Assembly (NCBI GenBank): GCA_965243205.1
Contig: CBDEUK010000002.1
Location: 608,001 to 672,000, forward strand
DNA from: Gammaproteobacteria bacterium
Lineage (GTDB): Bacteria > Pseudomonadota > Gammaproteobacteria > Eutrophobiales > Eutrophobiaceae
Direction of reading: 5' to 3'
Length of the DNA: 64,000 nt
In this document: positions 1-10,945 of the stretch, piece by piece
Layout of the letters: the number at the start of each line of letters is the position of its first letter
How positions within the stretch are numbered: the first letter of the stretch is position 1
The notes under the pieces: generated by a model
What the model was told of the DNA's origin: nothing
Database searches by the model: none
The model's input: the letters and a program-made list of their open reading frames with translations, nothing else
Translations under genes and position numbers: made by a program

Positions 1-1224
1 GTAAATGTAGGCTGTGTACCTAAAAAACTGTTTGTATATGCCTCTCAATTTTCTGAGTATTTTGAATTAGCCGCTAGTTTTGGTTGGAATACTTCCAACA
101 ATCAATTTGACTGGTCGTCACTTATTAAAAATAAAAATTCTGAAATTGAACGATTAAACTCAGTCTATGAACGAATCCTAAATAATTCAGGTGCGGAACT
201 CATTAATGGTCGAGCGAAATTACTCGACCAACATACTATTGAAATTGATAACCAAAAATTCACAGCCGATAAAATTTTAATCGCTACTGGTGGTTGGCCT
301 CACGTCCCTGAGATCCCAGGGAAAGAACATATTATTACCTCGAATGAAGCCTTTTTTTTGGATGTATTACCAAAAAAAATAACTATCGTAGGTGGAGGAT
401 ATATTGCTGTTGAATTTGCAGGCATATTTAATGGTTTAGGTGTCGATACTGAATTAATTTATCGAGGTGATTTATTTTTACGTGGTTTTGATAATGATGT
501 ACGAAATCACCTGGCTAAAGAAATGCAGCAGAAAGGTATCAATTTAATCTTTAATGATAATATTAAATCCATAAAAAAATTAGATACGGAATACGAATAC
601 CAATTAGAAAGCGAAAATTTTCATCAAACAAATCTAATTATGTATGCCACAGGCCGTAAACCTAATACATTTAATCTTGGGCTAGAAGCAATTGGTATCG
701 AAACTGATAATAACAATGCCATTATTGTTAATGAACAATTTCAAACCTCTGTTGAAAATATATATGCTATTGGTGATGTTATTAATCGAGTTCAGTTAAC
801 ACCTGTAGCTCTGGCCGAAGGCATGTACTTATCTAGACATTTATTTGGTAAAGAATCGAAACCAGTTGATTATAGCAATATCCCCACAGCGGTTTTCAGT
901 CAGCCCAATATTGGTACCGTTGGTTTAACGGAGTCTGAAGCTCGTGAGAAGTATAAGGACATAGATATTTATAAAAGCGAATTTACACCGATGAAACTTT
1001 CCTTATCTGATATAAATGAAAAGACATTAATGAAATTAATAGTTGATAAACAAACCGACAAAGTTATAGGCGCACATATGATCGGGCCTGAAGCTGGAGA
1101 AATAATACAAGGTATAGGTATTGCTTTAAAATCTGGAGCAACTAAAGCAGAATTTGATCAAACCATTGGCATTCATCCAACGACAGCCGAAGAATTTGTA
1201 ACCATGAGAGAGCCTATAAAATAA
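1..1224 (+). CDS. gor: Glutathione-disulfide reductase (5' end outside window)
   Basis: Frame is open from base 1 (VNVGCVPKK redox motif); also ATGG, GGGYIAVEFA and C-terminal IGIHPTTAEEF. The ORF-track start at 358 is internal. Confidence 0.95.
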   Translation, partial: VNVGCVPKKLFVYASQFSEYFELAASFGWNTSNNQFDWSSLIKNKNSEIERLNSVYERILNNSGAELINGRAKLLDQHTIEIDNQKFTADKILIATGGWPHVPEIPGKEHIITSNEAFFLDVLPKKITIVGGGYIAVEFAGIFNGLGVDTELIYRGDLFLRGFDNDVRNHLAKEMQQKGINLIFNDNIKSIKKLDTEYEYQLESENFHQTNLIMYATGRKPNTFNLGLEAIGIETDNNNAIIVNEQFQTSVENIYAIGDVINRVQLTPVALAEGMYLSRHLFGKESKPVDYSNIPTAVFSQPNIGTVGLTESEAREKYKDIDIYKSEFTPMKLSLSDINEKTLMKLIVDKQTDKVIGAHMIGPEAGEIIQGIGIALKSGATKAEFDQTIGIHPTTAEEFVTMREPIK

Positions 1225-1284
1225 CTACCTAGATTATTCAGTATAATTGTATACTGACACATCATTCATTCTAATCATTATAAA

Positions 1285-2048
1285 ATGAAGCGCGCTTTAG
1301 TTTTTATCTGTTCTTTAGTATTAGTATCATATCAGGTGATGGCTGATACAGTGTTGGTTGCTGTTTCTTCTAATATGTCTCATGCCATGCAAGATATATC
1401 AGAAGCATTTAGTCAACAAACTGACATATCTTAAAATTAAGCTACGGTTCATCTGGTAACCTAGCTCATCAAATCATTAATGGTGCACCACACCAAATAT
1501 TTCTCTCTGCAAACTCTGATTATATTAAACAAGTTCAACGAGCTAATCGAACAATAAAAAAAGAGAAAATTTATGCATTAGGAAATCTTAGTGTATTCAT
1601 ACCAAACAAATCAAAATTTATTGAAGAGACTGCATTAAATACAATCAACTATGATTTAATGTTTAATCATTACAAAAAATTTGCGTTAGCCAATCCTCAA
1701 ACAGCACCATATGGTCAAGCTGCTTTAGAAACACTGCGCAATATGGGCCTTTGGAGTTTTGACGGGAAGAAAATTGTTATCGCTGAAAATATTTCTCAAA
1801 CAACCTTGTTTGGCTTAACTGCTGCCGTTGATTTTGCGTTTATTCCGAGCTCACATTGTCACTTAAAACGTATCAGTAATACTGGTGTCTGTATTCGAGT
1901 TCCAAATCAGCTTTATAAGCCCATTATACAAACTATGGTTTTAACAAAATTTTCTGATCAAGCTTCTGAAGATTTTTTTAATTTTATGAGCTCTGACTCT
2001 GCAACTAAAATATTGAAAAAACATGGATACTCATTACCTAATATTTGA
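1285..2048 (+). pseudogene. modA: Molybdate ABC transporter substrate-binding protein, split by a 1-nt frameshift (or a sequencing error)
   Basis: ATG 1285 gives a signal peptide and VLVAVSSN, then TAA at 1432-1434. The ModA motifs SYGSSG, NGAP..IFLSAN and ANPQTAPYG continue in the frame of ORF 1659..2048 from about 1431. Confidence 0.85.
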
Positions 2049-2054
2049 TTTAAG

Positions 2055-2738
2055 ATGGATTATACTTCTATAAAAATATCGTTATTACTTGCCATATTTA
2101 CTTGCATAATATTAGTACCAATTACTATTTTATTATCCAAATGGCTTAGTCATAAAGAGTTTCCAGGTCGTTTTATTATATTAACGCTTATCGCTTTACC
2201 TTTGGTATTACCACCTACAGTGCTTGGCTTTTATCTTTTATCAATATTTAATGAACAAGCCATTATTGGAAGTGCTTTTAAATATTTATTTAATTTAAAT
2301 TTATTATTTTCTTTTGAAGGTCTATTGATTGGTTCATTAATATTCAATTTACCTTTTGCTTTTCAACCTATTCATACTGCATTTATTGCTGTTCCAAATA
2401 ACTTGAGAGAAGCTGCTTGGACTTGCGGTCTTAATTCATGGCAGAGTTTTTTACAAATTGAGCTGCCTTTAATATGGCCAGGTGTATTATCTGCTTTCAT
2501 ATTAACATTCGCTCATACACTAGGAGAGTTTGGTGTTGTATTAATGTTAGGGGGCAATATACCAGGAGAAACTAAAACCATTGCTATTGATATATATGAT
2601 CAAGTTCAATTATTTAATTACACCGCAGCGGGTAATTTATCATTAATATTATTAATTTTTTCATTCTGTTCAATTTCATCGATTTACTTTCTAAATCAAT
2701 ATTTATCCTCTAAATTAAATGTCAGACACTCTATTTAA
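2055..2738 (+). CDS. modB: Molybdate ABC transporter permease
   Basis: LPLVLPPTVLGFYLL, EAA loop, FAHTLGEFG. Confidence 0.93.
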   Translation: MDYTSIKISLLLAIFTCIILVPITILLSKWLSHKEFPGRFIILTLIALPLVLPPTVLGFYLLSIFNEQAIIGSAFKYLFNLNLLFSFEGLLIGSLIFNLPFAFQPIHTAFIAVPNNLREAAWTCGLNSWQSFLQIELPLIWPGVLSAFILTFAHTLGEFGVVLMLGGNIPGETKTIAIDIYDQVQLFNYTAAGNLSLILLIFSFCSISSIYFLNQYLSSKLNVRHSI

Positions 2739-3822
2739 AACTCGTTTAATTTCTGAAAAGATTCCCAAACTAGATGTATCATTTAATTGCACTAGCAATG
2801 ATGTGATCGCATTACTCGGACCTTCTGGTAGTGGCAAAACAACTATTCTAAGAAGTATTGCTGGTTTACAACAAATAGAGCATGGAGAAATTATTATCGA
2901 TGGAAATCCATGGTTCGATTCAAAACAATCAATCCGACTATCACCTCAAAAACGTTCGGTTGGTTTAATGTTTCAAGACTATGCATTATTCCCACATAAA
3001 ACTGCATTCGAAAATATTGCTTTAGCAATTAATAAATCATCACGAAAAGAAATTGTTACATTTGTAAAACAATTATTGACACGTGTTAATTTACAAGGTT
3101 TACAAGATAGGTATCCTTCTCAAATGTCTGGCGGTCAAAAACAACGAGTTGCTCTTGCTCGTGCGCTGGCTAGAGAACCTGATATATTACTGTTGGATGA
3201 ACCTTTCTCTTCGGTAGATTTTTTAACCAAAAAAAAATTAATCAAAGAATTAACAATATTAATAAAACAATTAAATATTCCCGTTATTTTTGTAACACAT
3301 GATCTTGATGAAGCACGGGTTTTGGCAACCCACATCTGTGTAATACATCATGGTAAATCATTACAATTTGATAAATCTGAAACTGTATTTTCCAGCCCAA
3401 AGAACAAACAAGTTGCAAAGTTACTTGGTATGACGAATCTATTTGAAGGTGTTATAAATGAACATAATACAAGTACGCAACGCACCATAATCAAATGGAA
3501 TGATTATTTATTAGAGGCAAATTACAATAGTCATTTTAAAGTTGGAGAAAAAATAAATTGGCTTATTCCATTAGAGTATATAATTTTACATCGAAAAGAT
3601 AAGCCTTCTAATGGTGAAAAAGAAAATCCTATACAAGGCGTTATTAAAGAAATTATTCCGCTTGGGGAAACCAATTATTTAACAGTGATAGTCGATAATA
3701 AACATCCATTTACACTCAGTCTTTCAAGTCATGTAAAAAAACGTAATGAACTAAAAGAAGGCGAAATAATTACATTTTCATTATTGAGTGAATCCATTCA
3801 TATCATGCCAGAATCATTATAA
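2719..3822 (+). CDS. modC: Molybdate ABC transporter ATPase with C-terminal TOBE-like region
   Basis: GPSGSGKT, MSGGQKQR, LLLDEPF; overlaps modB. Confidence 0.9.
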   Translation: MSDTLFKTRLISEKIPKLDVSFNCTSNDVIALLGPSGSGKTTILRSIAGLQQIEHGEIIIDGNPWFDSKQSIRLSPQKRSVGLMFQDYALFPHKTAFENIALAINKSSRKEIVTFVKQLLTRVNLQGLQDRYPSQMSGGQKQRVALARALAREPDILLLDEPFSSVDFLTKKKLIKELTILIKQLNIPVIFVTHDLDEARVLATHICVIHHGKSLQFDKSETVFSSPKNKQVAKLLGMTNLFEGVINEHNTSTQRTIIKWNDYLLEANYNSHFKVGEKINWLIPLEYIILHRKDKPSNGEKENPIQGVIKEIIPLGETNYLTVIVDNKHPFTLSLSSHVKKRNELKEGEIITFSLLSESIHIMPESL

Positions 3823-3867
3823 TTCCAAATTGTTCTAACAGAGTTAAATTATATTGCATATACTATT

Positions 3868-3955
3868 AGTCAGGGTGGAGAAGTAAAACAACCACTTAAC
3901 AATGTCACTAATCGTGACACAACCTCGCAGTGTTGTAACAAGCGAGGGTTTCTTA
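3868..3955 (+). ncRNA. Candidate structured intergenic RNA (possibly RAGATH-18-like)
   Basis: GC-richer segment GTCAGGGTGGAGAAGT..AACCACTTAACAA, then stem TGTCAC/GTGACA (3903-3919) and stem CCTCGC/GCGAGG with a T-rich tail (3923-3955). The family resemblance is from memory only. Confidence 0.45.
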
Positions 3956-3977
3956 TTGGCTACAATAATCTATAAAT

Positions 3978-4340
3978 CTATTTTAAAAATTTAATTGATA
4001 AAGGGTATTCCCAAACTTCACCATCGTTCGCCTTAATACCACCCATGATTGCAAAAACAATAGATGCAATCGCTAAAGCAATAAGACCAAAAAAACCAAC
4101 AACAATTACCATTAAAATAGAGCAAACAATTCCATAAATAAAAGCACTGATCATCCAATTAACAACCGTTTTGCCATGTTGATCAACTATAGGAAATTCT
4201 TTTTTCTTCATTTGCCATAACACAATCGGTAATATGAGTCCTGCAAACGGAATAACAAAACCTGCTAACATAGAAAAATGAACAAACATTCCCCATTGGT
4301 TTGCATCTTTATCATTTGAATTAATCACTTCATTTGACAT
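3978..4340 (-). CDS. DUF4870-like small membrane protein
   Basis: W.MF.H.S, three hydrophobic segments, GGIKANDG...YPLSIKF end. Confidence 0.85.
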   Translation of the reverse strand: MSNEVINSNDKDANQWGMFVHFSMLAGFVIPFAGLILPIVLWQMKKKEFPIVDQHGKTVVNWMISAFIYGIVCSILMVIVVGFFGLIALAIASIVFAIMGGIKANDGEVWEYPLSIKFLK

Positions 4341-4384
4341 ACCCTACTCCCCAATTTTCATTTGAAATCATCCGATAGTGTAAT

Positions 4385-4415
4385 AAAAAAAAGCCGGACA
4401 CGCCGGCTTTTTTTT
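4385..4415. terminator. Intrinsic terminator downstream of fusA (bidirectional shape)
   Basis: A8-GCCGG-acacg-CCGGC-T8. Confidence 0.85.
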
Positions 4416-4433
4416 GTGAAGTTTAAGAAGCAA

Positions 4434-6521
4434 TTATTTTGCAGCTTCTTCTCGAGCTTTTACTTCTGCAATAACTTCATCAGCTACATTTTTAGGACAT
4501 GGGTTGTATTGTAAGAACTCCATTGAGAACTGACCACGCCCCGATGTCATAGTACGCAATGAGCCAATGTAGCCAAACATTTCACTTAATGGACATTCAG
4601 CTTTGATACGTACACCTGTTGGTGTTGCCTCTTGAGATTTGATCATACCTCGACGTCGATTTAAATCACCAATCACATCACCTACATTATCTTCTGGTGT
4701 GAAAACATCCACCTTCATAATTGGCTCCATCAATTGTGGGCCAGCTTTAGGCATAGTTTGACGATAAGCGGCGGTAGCAGCTAATTCAAATGCTACTGCT
4801 GATGAGTCGACAGCGTGGAAAGCACCATCAAACAATGTGACTTTAAAATCCAAGCACGGATAACCAGCCATCACACCTTTATCCATACTCTTCTGAAAGC
4901 CACCTTCAATTGCTGGCCAGAATTCACGCGGTACGTTACCACCCGTTACGGTAGATTCGAATTGAAAACCTGAGCCAGGCTCGCCTGGTTCAATGATGTA
5001 ATCGATTTTACCAAACTGACCAGAACCACCTGATTGTTTCTTATGTGTGTAAGAATCTTCTATACGTTGTGTTACCGTCTCACGATAAGCAACTTGAGGT
5101 TTACCAACTTCTACTTCAACGCCATGAGTACGTTTTAAGATATCGACTTTAATATCTAAGTGCAGCTCACCCATACCTTTTAGGATGGTTTCGCCTGAAT
5201 CTTCATCGGTTTCTACACGGAAAGATGGATCTTCTTTGATCATTTTACCGAGTGCTACACCCAATTTTTCCGATGCGCCTTTATCTTTTGGTGATACTGC
5301 GATTGAGATAACCGGATCTGGGAATACCATCGGTTCAAGCGTTGCTGGCTTGTTTGGATCACACAAAGTATGACCAGTTTGTACATTTTTCATACCCACA
5401 ACCGCGAGAATGTCACCTGCTTGTGCACTATCTAATTCGTTACGATCATCCGCATGCATTTCCACCATGCGACCAATACGCTCAGTTTTACCAGTAAAGG
5501 TGTTTAACACCGTATCACCCTTATTAATGGTGCCAGAGTAAACTCGGATAAAGGTCAAAGCACCAAAACGGTCGTCCATAATTTTGAATGCCAAAGCACG
5601 TAAAGGGCCGTTTGGATCAACAATCGCTTTACCACCTGTTTCATTGCCTTCTAAATCGACTTCTGGTTGAGGATCAACTTCGGTTGGATTAGGTAAGTAA
5701 TCGACAACAGCATCCAATACTAATTGAACACCCTTATTTTTAAATGAAGAGCCGCAATAGGTTGGGAAGAATGATAAGTTTAATGTACCTTTACGGATAC
5801 ATTTTTTAATATCTTCGATAGAAGGTTCATTACCTTCCAGATATTGCTCCATAATGTCATCGTCTTGTTCTACTGCGGTTTCGATAAGTTTTTCACGATA
5901 TTCTTCAATTTTATCCATCATATCTTCTGGTGGATCAACAATATCGAATTTAGTCGCATCTTTCTCATCTGGCCAAATGTGAGCCTTTCTTGTCAACAAA
6001 TCGACCACACCCTTGAAATCATCTTCGATACCAATTGGCAGAACCATCACTAAAGGTTGGGCGCCTAAAACGTCTTCTACTTGTTGAACCACACGATAGA
6101 AATCCGCACCCATACGGTCTAATTTATTCACATAGATAAGACGGGATACTTCAGATTCATTAGCATAGCGCCAGTTAGTTTCTGATTGAGGTTCAACCCC
6201 ACCAGAACCACAGAATACGCCAATACCGCCATCTAATACTTTTAATGAACGATAAACTTCAATCGTGAAGTCAACGTGTCCTGGAGTATCAATGACATTG
6301 AAACGGTGACCATTCCACTCACAAGTGGTCGCCGCTGACTGAATGGTAATACCACGCTCAGCTTCCTGATCCATAAAGTCCATGGTTGATTCGCCCTCGT
6401 GAACCTCACCAATTTTATGGATTTTTCCGGTTAATTTCAGAATACGCTCTGTTGTTGTGGTTTTACCCGCGTCTACATGCGCGAAAATACCAATATTTCT
6501 ATATTTGGATAAGTCAGCCAT
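4434..6521 (-). CDS. fusA: Elongation factor G, stand-alone copy outside the str operon
   Basis: [35 protein letters not shown]; no rpsL/rpsG/tuf next to it. Confidence 0.96.
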   Translation of the reverse strand: MADLSKYRNIGIFAHVDAGKTTTTERILKLTGKIHKIGEVHEGESTMDFMDQEAERGITIQSAATTCEWNGHRFNVIDTPGHVDFTIEVYRSLKVLDGGIGVFCGSGGVEPQSETNWRYANESEVSRLIYVNKLDRMGADFYRVVQQVEDVLGAQPLVMVLPIGIEDDFKGVVDLLTRKAHIWPDEKDATKFDIVDPPEDMMDKIEEYREKLIETAVEQDDDIMEQYLEGNEPSIEDIKKCIRKGTLNLSFFPTYCGSSFKNKGVQLVLDAVVDYLPNPTEVDPQPEVDLEGNETGGKAIVDPNGPLRALAFKIMDDRFGALTFIRVYSGTINKGDTVLNTFTGKTERIGRMVEMHADDRNELDSAQAGDILAVVGMKNVQTGHTLCDPNKPATLEPMVFPDPVISIAVSPKDKGASEKLGVALGKMIKEDPSFRVETDEDSGETILKGMGELHLDIKVDILKRTHGVEVEVGKPQVAYRETVTQRIEDSYTHKKQSGGSGQFGKIDYIIEPGEPGSGFQFESTVTGGNVPREFWPAIEGGFQKSMDKGVMAGYPCLDFKVTLFDGAFHAVDSSAVAFELAATAAYRQTMPKAGPQLMEPIMKVDVFTPEDNVGDVIGDLNRRRGMIKSQEATPTGVRIKAECPLSEMFGYIGSLRTMTSGRGQFSMEFLQYNPCPKNVADEVIAEVKAREEAAK

Positions 6522-6773
6522 TGTCCACTACTCTAGTTAAGTTATTTATCAGTTAAAATCTATTAATATTATATATTTCAATAGTTTACATAAAATTAAA
6601 TCTTCTTTCGGAATTGATTGAAGATGTTGCGAGATACTTGCCACAGATTGCATGTCGCCAAAATCGCGCGATTATAAACTAGTTTGCTTATATATGGGAA
6701 TAAAGGTTTTTTACAAGGAATCGGATATCTATTTTAAGTATAAAAATCCATTCTTTTAGGAAGGTTTAATTAT

Positions 6774-6799
6774 AAAAAAACCCCGCCTTGGCGGGGTTT
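6774..6799 (-). terminator. Intrinsic terminator of the cold-shock gene
   Basis: CCCCGCC-tt-GGCGGGG with an A7 tract (U tail on the minus strand). Confidence 0.85.
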
Positions 6800-6817
6800 A
6801 AATTCGATGTCTGAGAT

Positions 6818-7018
6818 TTATACCTCGACTGTTGTCGCTTGGGGGCCTTTTGGACCCATCTCAGATTCAAATGTTACTTGTTGTCCTTCAGCTAAGGTTT
6901 TGAAACCATCGCTTTTAATCACTGAAAAATGCACAAATACGTCTTTACTGTTGTCAGAAGGAGTAATGAAGCCAAAACCTTTGGATTCGTTAAACCATTT
7001 TACGGTACCAGTTGCCAT
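6818..7018 (-). CDS. cspA: Cold-shock protein (CspA family)
   Basis: GTVKWFN, KGFGFI (RNP1), DVFVHF (RNP2); exact paralog name uncertain. Confidence 0.95.
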   Translation of the reverse strand: MATGTVKWFNESKGFGFITPSDNSKDVFVHFSVIKSDGFKTLAEGQQVTFESEMGPKGPQATTVEV

Positions 7019-7167
7019 GTTAATTACCTCAAAAAATTAAAATAAAAGATGTTACTTATTTTGGTAATTAACAGGAGAACACTTAAACACTTCTGACAAA
7101 AACCACGATAGAATGTAACAAGGGAATTTTAACTTATTTATCAAATATCTCTAGTATTATATTTAAT

Positions 7168-7971
7168 ATGATTGTCATAATGACCGACCTAGATGGTTCT
7201 CTATTAGATCATCACACATATTCCTATGAAGAAGCTTCATCAGCACTTCAATATCTAAGAGAAAAAAGTATCCCTATCATATTTAATAGCAGCAAAACAG
7301 CAAGTGAAATTATCGAAATTCAAACACAGTTGGATCTCGATTGGCCATTTGTGGTCGAAAATGGTGCAGGGATATATTTATCAAGAACGATGGATTCAGA
7401 ATCAAATAACGTAAGCATGCATAGTTTTGGAAAACCGCGCACTGAGATCCTAGAAATACTGCGTAATATCAGGCAAAAATTCGGCTTCGCGTTTACTGGC
7501 TTCAATGATATGACAGATGAAGAATTACATAGTCATACGAATCTAAGTATGGACAAAATCTTGCTAGCTAAACAAAGAGACTTTTCAGAGCCGTTGCTAT
7601 GGCAAGACAATGAGTCTCAATGGAATGAATTTATAAAACAATTAGAGCAACACGAGCTCGTAGCAGTGAAAGGTGGACGATTTATTTCTATCACTAGTGA
7701 TGTAAATAAAGCCGATGCAGTAGACTGGTTCAAACATCATTATGCGGCAGAAACAAATTCTTCGGTCACTATTATTGCTTTGGGCGATGGTGAAAATGAT
7801 ATAAAAATGTTAAATGCCGCTGATTATGGGATTTTAATTAAATCCCCTGCACATACTCTCTCGGGCCAATCGGTTGAAAACTTAATACATACTCAAGAAT
7901 TTGGTCCAACTGGTTGGAACCAAAGCTTACTAACACTTCTTACAAAAATTAGGAAACCACTGAAATCATGA
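7168..7971 (+). CDS. gpgP: HAD-IIB glucosyl/mannosyl-3-phosphoglycerate phosphatase
   Basis: DLDGSLLD, SSKT, VENGA, R.FSEP, GGRF, LGDGEND; overlaps the gpgS-like gene. Confidence 0.85.
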   Translation: MIVIMTDLDGSLLDHHTYSYEEASSALQYLREKSIPIIFNSSKTASEIIEIQTQLDLDWPFVVENGAGIYLSRTMDSESNNVSMHSFGKPRTEILEILRNIRQKFGFAFTGFNDMTDEELHSHTNLSMDKILLAKQRDFSEPLLWQDNESQWNEFIKQLEQHELVAVKGGRFISITSDVNKADAVDWFKHHYAAETNSSVTIIALGDGENDIKMLNAADYGILIKSPAHTLSGQSVENLIHTQEFGPTGWNQSLLTLLTKIRKPLKS

Positions 7972-9191
7972 CTGACTTCTATCAAAATGGTGTTATCACA
8001 ACGCTACATAACCTTGTAGACAGACCCATTGAGGATCTCGAAAAAGAATTAGTGCAATTTTCTAAGAGTCGGCCAATGAGTTTGGTATTACCCTCTCTGT
8101 ATTCAGAACTACAAGGCCCTGCATTAGCGAATATTATAAATGAACTATGTAATGTGCCTTATCTTTCTGAAATTGTTATCGGTTTAGATAGAGCAACTGA
8201 AGAAGAATATGTTGAAGCTTTAAAGTTTTTTTCTAAACTGCCACAAAATTATGTTGTGTTATGGAATGATGGTCCAAGACTACAAGCCATCGATGCTAAA
8301 TTAAAAAAACAAGATTTAGAACCGACTGAGTTAGGTAAAGGTCGTAATGTTTGGTTTTGTTTGGGCTATGTTTTAGCTTCTGGTAAAGCGAAGTCTGTTG
8401 CTTTACATGACTGTGATATCGTGACCTACAAACGCGAACTACTAGCACGTTTAATTTATCCTGTTGCCAATCCAAATTTTAACTACCAATTTTGTAAAGG
8501 TTATTATTCGCGAGTTGCCGGAGGTTCAATCAACGGTCGGGTATGTCGATTGTTAGTAACGCCTCTGCTTAGAGCATTAAAGAAAATTTTTCCAAATGAT
8601 AGTTTTATTGAATATCTAGATAGTTATCGTTACTCCTTAGCAGGTGAATTTTCATTACGTACCGATGTTATAAATGATATTCGAATTCCCAGTGATTGGG
8701 GATTAGAAATCGGTGTGCTTGCTGAAATGAAACGAAATTATTCTAACAACCGTCTATGCCAAGTAGATATCGCTGATCAATATGATCATAAACATCAAGA
8801 CTTATCCGTTGATGACGATGGTCAAGGTTTATCTAAAATGTCGATTGATATTAGTAAAGCCGTATTTCGTAAATTAGCAACGAATGGTTTGGTATTTAAT
8901 GCCGAAACATTTCGCTCTATTAAAGCAACCTACTTTAGAATCGCTTTAGATTTTATAGAAACCTACCATAATGATGCTGTCATAAATGGATTAACTCTAG
9001 ACATTCATGCTGAAGAGCAAGCAGTAGAACTGTTTGCTGAAAATATCATGAAAGCCGGTCTTCATTTCTTAGACAATCCAATGGAAACACCATTTATACC
9101 AAGTTGGACACGAGTGAACAGTGCATTACCAGAACTTGCGGGAGAATTCATTGAAGCAGTTGATATGGATATGAAACAATATTCAAGCTAA
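7968..9191 (+). CDS. gpgS: Glucosyl-3-phosphoglycerate synthase (GT-A fold)
   Basis: DFYQNG.ITTLH, GKGRNVW, HDCDI, KGYY.R, Y.LAGEF, DWGLEIG, YDHKHQ. Confidence 0.85.
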   Translation: MTDFYQNGVITTLHNLVDRPIEDLEKELVQFSKSRPMSLVLPSLYSELQGPALANIINELCNVPYLSEIVIGLDRATEEEYVEALKFFSKLPQNYVVLWNDGPRLQAIDAKLKKQDLEPTELGKGRNVWFCLGYVLASGKAKSVALHDCDIVTYKRELLARLIYPVANPNFNYQFCKGYYSRVAGGSINGRVCRLLVTPLLRALKKIFPNDSFIEYLDSYRYSLAGEFSLRTDVINDIRIPSDWGLEIGVLAEMKRNYSNNRLCQVDIADQYDHKHQDLSVDDDGQGLSKMSIDISKAVFRKLATNGLVFNAETFRSIKATYFRIALDFIETYHNDAVINGLTLDIHAEEQAVELFAENIMKAGLHFLDNPMETPFIPSWTRVNSALPELAGEFIEAVDMDMKQYSS

Positions 9192-9205
9192 ACAATAATA
9201 ACATT

Positions 9206-10942
9206 ATGTCTGATTACCTTTCTGAACTAAATACTAAATTAATAAATCATCTTCAACAAATATACTCTGAGCATAATATCGAAACATTATCCTCTCGCAT
9301 TATTTCTGAGATGGGTTTAGAAAATATTGATGCTCAACCACAACAACATGTTAATCATTGGGATGAGCAAGATATTGCTATCATTACCTATGGAGATACT
9401 TTTCTGCATGAAGATGAAGCGCCTTTAGATAGTCTATACCGATTCCTATGCACATATTTAAAACACAATATTAGTATCGTACATATTTTACCTTTTTTTC
9501 CTTTCAGTTCAGATGATGGTTTTGCTGTCATTGATTATCATAAAGTTAATGATGTATTAGGTAACTGGGAGCATATTGAACAGATATCACAAGACTTTAA
9601 ACTCATGTCTGATTTGGTAATCAATCATTGTTCGGGGCACAGTGAATGGTTCGAACAATTAATGAAAGGAGAACAACCAGGTAAAGATTATTTCTTTACT
9701 TGTAATGCTAATACTGATTTATCCAATGTTGTACGTCCTAGAACCAGTCCTTTATTAAGAGAAGTTCCAACTCCTGATGGTCAAATTCATGTATGGTGTA
9801 CATTTAGTCATGATCAACCCGATCTTGATTTCACAAACCCTGATGTATTATTAGAATTTGTCAGAATAATTCGTTTATATCTAGAAAAAGGCGTAAAAGT
9901 CTTTCGTTTTGATGCAATTGCTTTCTTATGGAAAGAACTGGATAGTAACTGTATTAATTTACCTCAGACTCATGAAATTGTTCGATTGCTTAGAACATTA
10001 ATTGAACATCATACGCATGATGCATTTATTATTACTGAAACCAATATTCCCAATCGGGAAAACCTTTCTTATTTTGGTAATTCTAACGAAGCGCATATTA
10101 TTTATAATTTTTCATTACCACCTTTACTTGTTAATACATTACTAACAGGTAATTGCCGTTATTTAAAAAATTGGTTGATGAGTATGCCTCCAGCCATGAT
10201 GGGAACAACCTATCTTAATTTTATTGCTTCTCATGATGGTATTGGGTTACGCCCTGCAGAAGGTTTACTCAGTGATGAAGAGATTCAAAGTTTTGTCGCA
10301 ACTATGCAAGCCTTTGGTGGAGAAATATCTTATCGTGCTTTAGATAATAATGAACAAAAACCTTATGAAATTAATATTACATTATATGACGCATTAAAGG
10401 GCACTATAAAACACGGGCCAGATCAATGGCAACAGCAACGGTTTATTTGTGCACATACTATTATGTTAGCGTTAGAAGGCCTGCCAGCGTTTTATATTCA
10501 TAGCCTACTCGCCACCGAAAATGATTATGAAAAATTTCGTAAAACGAATAATAAACGTGCCATTAACCGCCATCATTGGGAACTGAAAGAACTTGAAAGC
10601 TTATTAAATACAGATTCACATCATAAAATTATTTTTAACGAACTACTAAGAATAATTGAAATACGTAAACAACAAGAAGCTTTTCATCCAAATGCCACTC
10701 AGTTTACTTTACAGTTCAGTGATGAAATATTTGGTTTTTGGCGTCAGAGTCTGAACAGAACCCAGAGTATATTTTGTATCAGTAATATATCAAATATTGC
10801 CCAAGAAATTACTTTATCGGATATTAATTTAATCGTAACAGATAAATGGTATGACTTATTATCAGGAACTGAAATTAGTGAAGACAATAAAATAATGGTC
10901 TTGGAACCATATCAAACTGTATGGTTAACTAATAAAGTGTGA
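9206..10942 (+). CDS. GH13_18 sugar phosphorylase, likely glucosylglycerate phosphorylase
   Basis: [40 protein letters not shown]; operon context. Confidence 0.85.
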   Translation: MSDYLSELNTKLINHLQQIYSEHNIETLSSRIISEMGLENIDAQPQQHVNHWDEQDIAIITYGDTFLHEDEAPLDSLYRFLCTYLKHNISIVHILPFFPFSSDDGFAVIDYHKVNDVLGNWEHIEQISQDFKLMSDLVINHCSGHSEWFEQLMKGEQPGKDYFFTCNANTDLSNVVRPRTSPLLREVPTPDGQIHVWCTFSHDQPDLDFTNPDVLLEFVRIIRLYLEKGVKVFRFDAIAFLWKELDSNCINLPQTHEIVRLLRTLIEHHTHDAFIITETNIPNRENLSYFGNSNEAHIIYNFSLPPLLVNTLLTGNCRYLKNWLMSMPPAMMGTTYLNFIASHDGIGLRPAEGLLSDEEIQSFVATMQAFGGEISYRALDNNEQKPYEINITLYDALKGTIKHGPDQWQQQRFICAHTIMLALEGLPAFYIHSLLATENDYEKFRKTNNKRAINRHHWELKELESLLNTDSHHKIIFNELLRIIEIRKQQEAFHPNATQFTLQFSDEIFGFWRQSLNRTQSIFCISNISNIAQEITLSDINLIVTDKWYDLLSGTEISEDNKIMVLEPYQTVWLTNKV

Positions 10943-10945
10943 TTG

